NCBI GenBank assembly: GCA_021324655.1
Contig: JAJPIP010000060.1
Location: forward strand, 228 to 64,227
DNA from: Pseudomonadota bacterium
Lineage (GTDB): Bacteria > Chloroflexota > UBA5177
Reading direction: 5' to 3'
Length of the DNA stretch: 64,000 bases
Under the pieces are notes generated by a model. The model worked only from the letters and a program-made list of their open reading frames with translations. It was not told where the DNA came from and made no database searches. This document shows positions 39,189-47,020 of this stretch, one piece after another (the stretch's first letter is position 1; each line of letters begins with the position of its first letter). A program made the position numbers and the translations under genes.

Positions 39189-40088
39189 GTGCGCCACCTG
39201 CTTGTGGATCCCCTCCTCTTTGCGGCTGCGTCCGATCCTGCCGGCCGCGGCTGGATCGAGCAGATTCCTTCCCTCATAGAAGAGCTCAGCCGGCGCTGGA
39301 ATCTGGACATCGGGAAGGCCCCTCTCGGTCAGGGCTACCACGCCGTCGTCCTGCCGGCCCGGCGAGGCAATGACGAGCTCGCCCTCAAGCTGGAATGGCC
39401 GCAGGCGCGCACAGGTGGAGAGGTCCGTGCCCTGACAGCCTGGGACGGGCATGGGACAGTGCGGCTCTATGAAGCCGATACAGCGCTGGGGGCACTGCTG
39501 TTGGAACGTCTCGATTCTGCCCGGACCCTCCACTCCCTGCCTCTCGGCGGGGCCGCCGTCCAGGCCGGACGGCTGCTGCGCCGCCTCATGATGCCGGCAC
39601 CCGCGGGCTTCCCCCACGTACGTGCCATTGCCGCCGACATGGCCTCCTCTCTGGATGCGCGTCAGTCGGCTCTCGGCAACCCCATCCCGCGGTCGTGGCT
39701 GGATGCGGCGCGAAAGCTCGCCGAAGACCTCGCTCGCGACGCCGGCGAAACCCTCCTGATCCATGCCGACCTGCACTACGACAACGTGCTGGCCGGACGG
39801 GGCGGTGAGTGGGTGGCGATCGATCCCAGGCCGGTCGCGGGCGAACCGGAATACGCGGTCCCTGAGCTCATGTGGACGCGGATTGACGAGATTGGCGACG
39901 ACGAAGGGGTGCGTCACCTGCTGGCATCGGTGGTCCGACACGCGGGCCTCGATGGAGAGCGCGCCCGGGCCTGGACCATCGTCCGTTGCGTGGACTACTG
40001 CCTCTGGGGCCTGGAGCACGGCCTGACGCAGGATCCACCCCGCTGCCTCCGTATCCTCGCCGCCTTGACCGAGGAGAGTCCGCCGTGA
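39189..40088 (+). CDS. Aminoglycoside phosphotransferase-fold kinase, APH(6)/StrB-like
   Basis: LLIHADLHYDNVL catalytic loop and AIDPRPVAGEPEYA. GTG start 3 nt after the upstream stop. Confidence 0.75.
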   Translation: MRHLLVDPLLFAAASDPAGRGWIEQIPSLIEELSRRWNLDIGKAPLGQGYHAVVLPARRGNDELALKLEWPQARTGGEVRALTAWDGHGTVRLYEADTALGALLLERLDSARTLHSLPLGGAAVQAGRLLRRLMMPAPAGFPHVRAIAADMASSLDARQSALGNPIPRSWLDAARKLAEDLARDAGETLLIHADLHYDNVLAGRGGEWVAIDPRPVAGEPEYAVPELMWTRIDEIGDDEGVRHLLASVVRHAGLDGERARAWTIVRCVDYCLWGLEHGLTQDPPRCLRILAALTEESPP

Positions 40089-40334
40089 CGGTCGACAGCG
40101 ACCTCTACGAGCGGCAAGGAGCGACCGGGCGCGACAGTTCACGCCGGTATGACAACCGGGCCGGACCCGACTGTCACGACGGTCGCCCCTTTCTCGACTA
40201 GCAGACCCGCGATCAGCCCTCCTACACCCCCTGTAACGCCGCTGTAACGGCACATCGGGCACGCTGCCTCTGTCTACGCCCGCAGAGCGGTATCGCCGCT
40301 GGGAGCGGGCGACAGGCAGTGAGGGGATCGGGTC

Positions 40335-41591
40335 ATGAGAACCACCGTGCGGCGCGGGCACTCGCCGCTGCGATACCGGTCGGATGGACTCATCACGAGG
40401 ACAGCCGAGTCGGCGGCATCTCATGTGTTGTCGGTGGCGTCCCTGATCCGTGGGGTCATGGTCCAGGACGAGTTCAGGATTCCTGTCGGCATCTTTCTCC
40501 TCTCGCGGGCCCTCTTTCTCCTCATCACCTATGTCGGCACGGATGGGTTTCGTGTCCACGCCTTCGTCCTCACGCAGCACGGGTCGCAGCATTTGTGGCG
40601 GCACTGGGATACCGGCTGGTACATCACGATCGCCGAGCATGGCTACGCCATCTCCGGCCATACCGGCTCGCCGCTCGCCTTCTTCCCGCTGTTTCCTCTG
40701 CTCATACGCGCCATCATGGGTGCCACCGGTCTGACGGCGTTCCTATCGGCCATCGTGGCGTCGAACGCGGCGTTCCTGGTTGCTCTGCTCTACTTGTGGC
40801 GCCTGGTATGCGAGGAGTTCTCGGCCGCGGCGGCGACACGGAGCGTCCTCTACGTCACCGTCTTCCCCACGGCATTGTTTTTCTTTGCCGGCTACACGGA
40901 GTCGCTCTTCCTCGCCCTGTCGGTCGCAGCTTTTTACCATCTGCGGCGCGGCAGCTGGTTGCCGGCAGGATGTGCCGCCGCTCTGGCATCCGGCACCCGG
41001 GTCACGGGTGCCATCCTCCTGGCCCCTTTCCTCTATGAGTATCTGCGAACGCACGACCCGCCATGGCGTCCCCATCGCGACCTTCTCGGCGTGCTCCTGG
41101 TACCCGCCGGCCTGGGCGCCTTCATGCTGTATCTGGCGATCACGGCCGGCGATCCGCTCGCTTTCAGCCATGTCCAGGTGCACTGGCACCGCGTGGTCAC
41201 CGCCCAGCTCTGGACCGGCTTCGCCGCCGGCGCGCGCCTCCTCGTGACCCTGCCGCCGGCCTCCTTCTACCAGGCGCACGATCTCATCGATGTCGGGCTG
41301 GGTGGTGGGTTCCTCGTGCTGACCATCTATGCCGCGCGCATCCTGCCCGCGGCGTACACCATCTATGCGGCGGCCTTCTGGCCCCTGGTGCTCAGCGACC
41401 CCGCGCTGGCGGGGGCCTACCCGGCTCCTCTCGTGTCACTATCCCGCTATATCCTGGCGCTGTTTCCCATCTTCATGTCTCTCGGCGTCCTTGGCCGCCA
41501 CCCCCGCGTGCACGAGAGCTACCTCCTGCTGGCAACCGCCGGCCTGGTTGTCCTGGCCATCGTCTTCATGACCGGCGGCTGGATGACATAG
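40335..41591 (+). CDS. Polytopic membrane protein, PIG-V/mannosyltransferase-like (GT-C fold) candidate
   Basis: HLWRHWDTGWYITIAEHGY motif and at least 9 hydrophobic segments. The start is uncertain (40335 or ATG 40458). Confidence 0.6.
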   Translation: MRTTVRRGHSPLRYRSDGLITRTAESAASHVLSVASLIRGVMVQDEFRIPVGIFLLSRALFLLITYVGTDGFRVHAFVLTQHGSQHLWRHWDTGWYITIAEHGYAISGHTGSPLAFFPLFPLLIRAIMGATGLTAFLSAIVASNAAFLVALLYLWRLVCEEFSAAAATRSVLYVTVFPTALFFFAGYTESLFLALSVAAFYHLRRGSWLPAGCAAALASGTRVTGAILLAPFLYEYLRTHDPPWRPHRDLLGVLLVPAGLGAFMLYLAITAGDPLAFSHVQVHWHRVVTAQLWTGFAAGARLLVTLPPASFYQAHDLIDVGLGGGFLVLTIYAARILPAAYTIYAAAFWPLVLSDPALAGAYPAPLVSLSRYILALFPIFMSLGVLGRHPRVHESYLLLATAGLVVLAIVFMTGGWMT

Positions 41592-41808
41592 CCGCCTTGA
41601 GACGCGGCCAGCTGGGAAATCCGTTCTCCCGCGCCACGACGAAGAGTGCGTGGGCCAGAAGCAGCCTCTGGTCGCCGGTGGGGCGACGTGAGAAGCGCGG
41701 GAGATGGAGCGTGACCCGCTTCCAGGCGAGGGGATCGCCGGCATGGCAGGCACGCAGCAGATCTCTGGCCTGCTCTTTAAGGTGGTGGAGCTCAGAGACA
41801 GATGACAT
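41566..41808 (-). CDS. Small hypothetical protein (80 aa)
   Basis: ATG 41808 is preceded by CAGGAGG. LAHALFVVARENGFPSWPRLKAA resembles a recurrent N-terminal helical module found on many actinobacterial and planctomycete proteins. It converges with the previous gene and overlaps it by 26 nt. Confidence 0.5.
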   Translation of the reverse strand: MSSVSELHHLKEQARDLLRACHAGDPLAWKRVTLHLPRFSRRPTGDQRLLLAHALFVVARENGFPSWPRLKAAMSSSRRS

Positions 41809-41939
41809 GGAAACCTCCTGGCGCGTCTGCCTGACGTCCGTTCTTTCAGGCGAACAGAAGGTTTCGATCCGGTGACTCCAGTGAGCAGGGCCCTTTCCAC
41901 GGACGGGATGCGCCTGGCGCGCAGTAAGCTCGGTATGAC

Positions 41940-42608
41940 ATGAATGACTCGTCATCACCCTCCGACCCGGAAGCTGCCTACGACGCCGTCGCTGTGGACT
42001 ATGCTGCGCACTACTACCATGAGCTGCAGCACAAGCCGTTTGACCGGGCCATCCTGGGGCGTCTCGCGGTCATCGCCGGTCCGCTCGGCCCGATCTGCGA
42101 TCTGGGATGCGGTCCCGGACAGATCGCCCGCTACCTCCACGACCACGGCGCCGATGCCATCGGCCTCGACCTCTCCTCGCAGATGGTCGCCGAGGCGCAG
42201 CGCCTCAATCCGGACATCGCCTTCCGCCAGGGTACGATGCTCGCCCTGCCCTACGACGACTCCTCACTGGGCGGTATCGCCGCTTTCTACTCGATCATTC
42301 ACATCCCACCGGTGCAGCGTCCGGCCGTGTTCGCGGAGATGTGGCGCGTGCTTCGTCCGGGAGGAGCAATTCTGATCGCGTTTCACCTCGGCGACGAGGT
42401 TGTCCACCGTGACGAGTGGTGGGGACACCCCATCTCGCTCGACGGTTACTTGCTCAAGCGGCCCGAGCTCGAGGAGGAGATACGAGAAGCGGGCTTTCAC
42501 ATCGTGGAGAGCCGGGAGCGCGACCCCAATCCCGCCGTCGAGAATCCCACCCGGCGGGCCTACATACTGGCTCAGAAGCCGGCCGGCAGGGCGCCGCGGC
42601 CTGAGTAG
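41940..42608 (+). CDS. Class I SAM-dependent methyltransferase
   Basis: ICDLGCGPGQIARYL motif I and a LRPGGAILIAFH post-I/III pattern. Confidence 0.85.
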   Translation: MNDSSSPSDPEAAYDAVAVDYAAHYYHELQHKPFDRAILGRLAVIAGPLGPICDLGCGPGQIARYLHDHGADAIGLDLSSQMVAEAQRLNPDIAFRQGTMLALPYDDSSLGGIAAFYSIIHIPPVQRPAVFAEMWRVLRPGGAILIAFHLGDEVVHRDEWWGHPISLDGYLLKRPELEEEIREAGFHIVESRERDPNPAVENPTRRAYILAQKPAGRAPRPE

Positions 42609-42656
42609 CAGAGAGCTTTAGCTCGCCGCGAACCGCGAGCTAAAGCTCTCTGCTAC
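42605..42656. terminator. Perfect 22-bp-stem hairpin (8-nt loop) overlapping the TAG stop codon
   Basis: GTAGCAGAGAGCTTTAGCTCGC (42605-42626) and GCGAGCTAAAGCTCTCTGCTAC (42635-42656) are exact reverse complements. No U-tract follows. Confidence 0.55.
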
Positions 42657-42769
42657 GTCCCCGGTGCCCGATAGCCGGGACCCAAGTCCCGGCGCCGGCG
42701 GGACTCCTTCCCCTACTCCCAGATCCGCGAGCAGGTCACACTGTGGATCGCTAGGGGGAGATACCCATC

Positions 42770-42988
42770 ATGTTGTTCGACGCCGCCTTCCACCTCCAAC
42801 TGATCGCGAGCCTGCGGCAGCGGTTTGCCCGGGAAGAGGGGCAGGACATGATTGAGTACGCGCTGCTGGCAGCGCTCATCTCGATCGTGGCCATTGCCAT
42901 CATCATCCTGATTGGTCCGTATCTGCAGGACATCTTCCAGGACGTCGTCAACGGCCTGGCCTCGGCCGCTCCCGCCGTCCAGCACTGA
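42770..42988 (+). CDS. flp: Flp/Fap family type IVb pilin precursor
   Basis: EEG/QDMIEYALLAALISIVAIAI matches the Flp motif (G / xxxxEY + hydrophobic helix). GGGGGAGA lies 8 nt upstream of the ATG. Confidence 0.7.
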   Translation: MLFDAAFHLQLIASLRQRFAREEGQDMIEYALLAALISIVAIAIIILIGPYLQDIFQDVVNGLASAAPAVQH

Positions 42989-43134
42989 TCGCCGGCCGCA
43001 CCTCCGCGGTCAACCTCCCTCGGGTTCGTGGGAGTGAGTCGGCATCTGCCGGTGTTCCGGGCGCAGCATCCGTGATTTCCCTCATGACGTGAGGTTCCCA
43101 TGGCAGTAGAGTAGGGTCCACAGGAGGATCCGAT

Positions 43135-43935
43135 ATGACCGGGCAACGCACCCTGCTCACCGTGGCCGGACTCGTCGCGGTCACGATGTCACCCCCACTC
43201 GCAGTTGCCGGCACGCCCGCCATGACATCCGGGCAGTTGGTACAGAGCACAATGCACGCCATGTCCGCGCTGCATGGCCTTCACAGCGAGACCAATGTCC
43301 ATCTCATCGGACCACCCGCCGGGGGCACAGGCAGCGAAGACATCAAGGCTCATGTCAGCCTCGATTGCGTCATCACGTACGCCGGCTCGAAAGGCATGGC
43401 CGCCATCCGCGCATCCGTCCAGGGAACGGTTGTGCCGGCCGGCGCCAAAGCCTCTCGCCCTTTCAACATGCGCTACATCCTGCTGGCGTCCAGCGGTCCG
43501 AACGGCTCAAGTCAACACCTCTCTCTGTGGGAACGCGATGTGATGGCGGGTACGGGCTGGCACTCCCCTCACACATCCATGCAATCTCCTGCCTATGCCG
43601 CCTTCGTCAATGCGCAGGAAGAGGGTTGTCCCGCGGGGATCGCGGCGCTCCATGCCATCCAGGGCGCTCGTAGCAAAGCGCCTGTGATGACCGGGACCGG
43701 CGGCCGTCGTGACTGGAGCGTGAGCGGTACCTCGGGGAATCTGGTGGCAGGCCGTTTCACCATCCGGCTACTCATCGCTCCTGCGACCTACCGGCTCTAT
43801 CGGGCGACGCTCCAACTGCGCCAATCGGTCAGAAACACACCGACAATCATCCGGCAAGACACCACGACCGTGTATTCAGGCTACGGTGAGAGGCTCACCA
43901 TCACGGCACCAAAGCCGGGGTCCCGTACGCCGTGA
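43135..43935 (+). CDS. Secreted hypothetical protein (266 aa)
   Basis: Signal-peptide-like N-terminus MTGQRTLLTVAGLVAVTMSPPLAVAG. AGGAGGA lies upstream. I recognise no domain. Confidence 0.6.
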   Translation: MTGQRTLLTVAGLVAVTMSPPLAVAGTPAMTSGQLVQSTMHAMSALHGLHSETNVHLIGPPAGGTGSEDIKAHVSLDCVITYAGSKGMAAIRASVQGTVVPAGAKASRPFNMRYILLASSGPNGSSQHLSLWERDVMAGTGWHSPHTSMQSPAYAAFVNAQEEGCPAGIAALHAIQGARSKAPVMTGTGGRRDWSVSGTSGNLVAGRFTIRLLIAPATYRLYRATLQLRQSVRNTPTIIRQDTTTVYSGYGERLTITAPKPGSRTP

Positions 43936-44435
43936 CGGAGTCCCCACCTTCACCCGCCAGCCGGGCGAAGCGATCCACCCGTGGGCTGAACCTGCCGGGC
44001 GTGCTCCTGCTGCTCGGTGGCCTGCTGGCCATCGCGGGAAGTTGCAGTGCCATCGCCCTGACACAGCTCGATCGGCGTGGCGGGGTCACACCCTGGCCAT
44101 ACTTCGCCGTGCCCGGGCTCATCCTTGCCGGCCTGTATCTCTTCGGTACCTGGCACGCGTGGCAAACCGGTCGCGGCCCAGTCGTCCTCGCCGTCATCCT
44201 CATCCCAGTTTCCGGCGTCGTATCGATCTTCGAGAGCGTGACCCTGGGGTACGTCTGTCTGAATTACGGGGCGAATCCCATGCTCATGACCGGCTGCAAG
44301 GGCCTCATTCCCAATGGCCGGCTCGCCTCGGTGGCCGTCATCAGCCTCACCACCTGCGTTCTGATCGCCCTATTGGCGGCTCTGACCTCTGCGGTCATGG
44401 CATGGCGTGCGCGGTGGCGTTGGCGTCACGAGTAA
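43932..44435 (+). CDS. Hypothetical integral membrane protein (about 4 TM)
   Basis: The GTG start overlaps the upstream TGA (GTGA). Hydrophobic segments LPGVLLLLGGLLAIAGS, LILAGLYLFGTW, VVLAVILIPVSGVVSIF and VAVISLTTCVLIALLAAL. Confidence 0.55.
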   Translation: MTESPPSPASRAKRSTRGLNLPGVLLLLGGLLAIAGSCSAIALTQLDRRGGVTPWPYFAVPGLILAGLYLFGTWHAWQTGRGPVVLAVILIPVSGVVSIFESVTLGYVCLNYGANPMLMTGCKGLIPNGRLASVAVISLTTCVLIALLAALTSAVMAWRARWRWRHE

Positions 44436-44528
44436 GGCCCGCCCCGATTCCCACACCTCGTCCAGGGCACGGAAAGAATCTCGGCTCCTCCGGCACTCGA
44501 TCTCTATACTCGCCGTAGGCGGACCGCC

Positions 44529-45158
44529 ATGCCCTTTCGCATGCCTCATCAGGAGCTCGTGGCACGGTTCCACCGCCGGATGGGGATCCCGGCTCCCCAG
44601 CAACCGACACCGTTGTCGAGCGAGCGAGCCGAGTTGCGGGCCAGGCTCATGGACGAAGAGGCAGCGAAGTCTCGCGATGCCGTGGCCCGGCAGGACACGC
44701 ACGAAATGATTGACGCGCTGACGGACCTACTGTCTGTCACGCTGGGAGCTGCGGTTGAGATGGGCGTCGACCTGGCGCCGTTCTTTGAGGAGGTGCATCG
44801 AACGAACATGCAGAAGATTCCGGCTCCCCACGGAGGAAAGAGCATCAAGCCTGACGGCTGGTCCCCGCCCGACATTGCGGGCGTCCACGAACGATGGATG
44901 GCCACCAGCCGGAGCCTGCTGCGCAAGGTAGACTGCGTGCGAATACCGGTGGCAGAACTCGATGCGGGTCTTGCCTTCTACCGGGATCAATTGGGACACG
45001 CCTTACTGTGGCGAAACGAGACGGCAGCGGGGCTGCGCTGGCCCGAGTCCGATGCTGAGATCGACCTCCACCTGGAGCCCCAGGGGACGGATGCGTCGGG
45101 TCATGCCGTAGGAGTGAGTCGTACGCCGAGCGCCCCGGATCGCATGGCCGACGAATAG
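44529..45158 (+). CDS. MazG-like NTP-pyrophosphohydrolase domain fused to a truncated VOC/glyoxalase-like segment
   Basis: Residues 1-125 (RAELRARLMDEEAAKS...IDALTDLLSVTLGAAVEMGVDL..FFEEVHRTNMQK) look like all-alpha MazG/HisE-type proteins. Residues ~135-185 (VDCVRIPVAELDAGLAFYRDQLGHALLWR) look like the first beta-alpha-beta-beta-beta unit of a VOC domain, and then the frame degenerates. Confidence 0.55.
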   Translation: MPFRMPHQELVARFHRRMGIPAPQQPTPLSSERAELRARLMDEEAAKSRDAVARQDTHEMIDALTDLLSVTLGAAVEMGVDLAPFFEEVHRTNMQKIPAPHGGKSIKPDGWSPPDIAGVHERWMATSRSLLRKVDCVRIPVAELDAGLAFYRDQLGHALLWRNETAAGLRWPESDAEIDLHLEPQGTDASGHAVGVSRTPSAPDRMADE

Positions 45159-45258
45159 CGCATCCTGACTGCCGGGGCATGCCGTCCGCCGTCTATGATG
45201 AGTGCACAAGAAGGCATCTGGTCCCTGCCACTCATCAGCCAGCACATGGGAGGACACA

Positions 45259-45675
45259 GTGGACAGAAATGAACTGCGCGAAGAGTTGTTGGCCGTCCTG
45301 GCGGCAAACCGTGAGTTGACCGGGGAGCAGGACGAGGCGTTGGTCGAGAGTTTTCTCGCCAGGCTGGAGGCGACGCAGCCACACCGGCCACTTATCCGAT
45401 TGCGTGAGATCTACGAGCAACTCGTGCCACTGACGTTCCCCACCGTCCTCGTTATTGCCGCGGCCCAGGGGGTCACCCTCTTCACACTGGGCGCGTACTT
45501 GCTCCAGCGGCTGGACTTTTACTACGGTGCCGACGGCTTTGTGCAGGCCTGGGTCGTGTTCGGTTTCATGTGGCTCGCCGAGGTTCTTGTCACCATCGCC
45601 GTGCTCTCTATCCTGGCTCCCCGGGAAAAGCCGGCACCTGGGCGCAGCACGGCAGGCCGGCGCCTCCAGCTGTAG
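45259..45675 (+). CDS. Hypothetical membrane protein (138 aa)
   Basis: GTG 45259 lies 5 nt after GGAGGA. A soluble helical N-terminus is followed by 2-3 hydrophobic segments. Confidence 0.45.
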   Translation: MDRNELREELLAVLAANRELTGEQDEALVESFLARLEATQPHRPLIRLREIYEQLVPLTFPTVLVIAAAQGVTLFTLGAYLLQRLDFYYGADGFVQAWVVFGFMWLAEVLVTIAVLSILAPREKPAPGRSTAGRRLQL

Positions 45676-46023
45676 TTTCGGCGCCAGACCCGATCCGGGC
45701 ACCTACATTGTTCCCGTCGTCGCACCCCTCGTGGATGCGTTGGTTCGGCTGTCACGACGTTCGCTCGTCCCCGCAATCGTTCCGCCCGGCATCCGCCGGC
45801 GGATCAGGTCGTCGGCTCCCACCTGCTGTTTGGTGATCGCAGCCACGCACGCATCCCGCGTGCGGCTACAGGCGCGATGTCACAGGTAGGGTCCGGCACC
45901 GGTTCGCCGCCCTCCCAGCTGCTTGACTATGAGGAGTGCATTACACTCGTTGTAAGTATGACTTCTTGAACTGGTAATGAATCTCCCGGACGGGGTTGGA
46001 TAGTCGGCAAGATAAGGAAGCCC

Positions 46024-46278
46024 ATGGACACGACAATCACAGAGAAGGGGCAGGTGACGATTCCCGTCGCCGTGCGCCGGGCGCTCGGTCTCAAGCCGCG
46101 CGACCGGGTTCGGGTGGAATACGATGCCGAGCGCGGCGTTGCCACCCTTCGACCTGCTCCGTCCCGCATCGCGGACATCTACGGAGCAGTAACACCGCGC
46201 CAACGTCCGGAGGACTTTACGGCGCGGCGTGCGGAGTTCGAAGACGGCATCGCCGACGACGCGATGCAGCGGCCCTAA
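46024..46278 (+). CDS. vapB: AbrB/SpoVT-fold antitoxin (VapB-like)
   Basis: KGQVTIPVAVRRALGLKPRDRV looped-hinge-helix motif; 84 aa; lies directly upstream of a PIN gene. Confidence 0.8.
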   Translation: MDTTITEKGQVTIPVAVRRALGLKPRDRVRVEYDAERGVATLRPAPSRIADIYGAVTPRQRPEDFTARRAEFEDGIADDAMQRP

Positions 46279-46287
46279 ACCACCGCA

Positions 46288-46695
46288 TTGTCTCGCCGTT
46301 TCATCGACACCAACGTCCTGCTGCGTGTATTGACGCGTGACGACGAGAGCAAAGGGGCCGCTGCACTCATGCTGCTGCAGCGGATCGAGCGGGGAGAAGA
46401 ACGGGCCGTAACCTCCCCGCTCGTCATCTTCGAGGTCATTTACACCCTGCAACGGTCCTACCAGGTTCCGCGTGAGCGGGTCAGGCAGCTCGTGGTGCCT
46501 ATCATCGCGCTGCGTGGTTTGGAGATACCGGGAAAATCTGTCTTCGTCCGCGCCCTCGATCTGTACGTGCAGGCACGGATTTCCTTCGCCGATGCCTACA
46601 ACGCTGCCTACATGGAGTCCCGCGGGATCGACGAAATCTATTCCTGGGACACGGACTTCGACCGTTTAGCAGGAATCGTGCGAGTGGACCCTTGA
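46288..46695 (+). CDS. vapC: PIN-domain ribonuclease toxin (VapC-like)
   Basis: FIDTNVLL N-terminal acidic motif and C-terminal ...YSWDTDFDR; 135 aa; TTG start. Confidence 0.8.
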   Translation: MSRRFIDTNVLLRVLTRDDESKGAAALMLLQRIERGEERAVTSPLVIFEVIYTLQRSYQVPRERVRQLVVPIIALRGLEIPGKSVFVRALDLYVQARISFADAYNAAYMESRGIDEIYSWDTDFDRLAGIVRVDP

Positions 46696-46765
46696 TCTCG
46701 GTTCCGTCCTCGAGACCGACTTGCCCGGTACGGTCCCTGCAGACCCTATCTGCAAAGGAGATCGC

Positions 46766-46948
46766 ATGGAAACCCCGGAGCCGGACAACGAGGAACTGCA
46801 GTCGGAAGAGTATTACGCCGAGCTGGCCGTCCATCGTTCGCGTGGTGACGCCAACGCCGCCAACGCGGAGGGCACCATCTATCCGCGGGGCGAGCCCATC
46901 GAAGCGACCGGACAGTATGCCGATCGGCATGTCGACGAGGACGAGTAG
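46766..46948 (+). CDS. Small acidic hypothetical protein (60 aa)
   Basis: ATG 46766 follows AAAGGAG by 6 nt. Translation METPEPDNEELQSEEYYAEL...; a hairpin + T-tract follows. Confidence 0.35.
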   Translation: METPEPDNEELQSEEYYAELAVHRSRGDANAANAEGTIYPRGEPIEATGQYADRHVDEDE

Positions 46949-46966
46949 GCAACCACTGTCACAAAA

Positions 46967-47001
46967 GAGCACGGCAGGGCTGCGGAGAGCCGTCTCTTTC
47001 T
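46967..47001 (+). terminator. Intrinsic-terminator-like hairpin with a short T-tract
   Basis: GAG(C)ACGGC ... GCCGTCTC (8 bp plus one bulge, 13-nt loop) followed by TTTCT. Confidence 0.35.
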
Positions 47002-47020
47002 AACGGATCACGTATATTCT

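Noticed and set aside
38991-40661. 556-aa minus-strand ORF across the PIMT-like, APH-like and membrane GT genes
   Set aside because: It is an antisense shadow. The plus-strand genes carry catalytic motifs (HADLHYDN, SAM motif I) and coupled start/stop codons.
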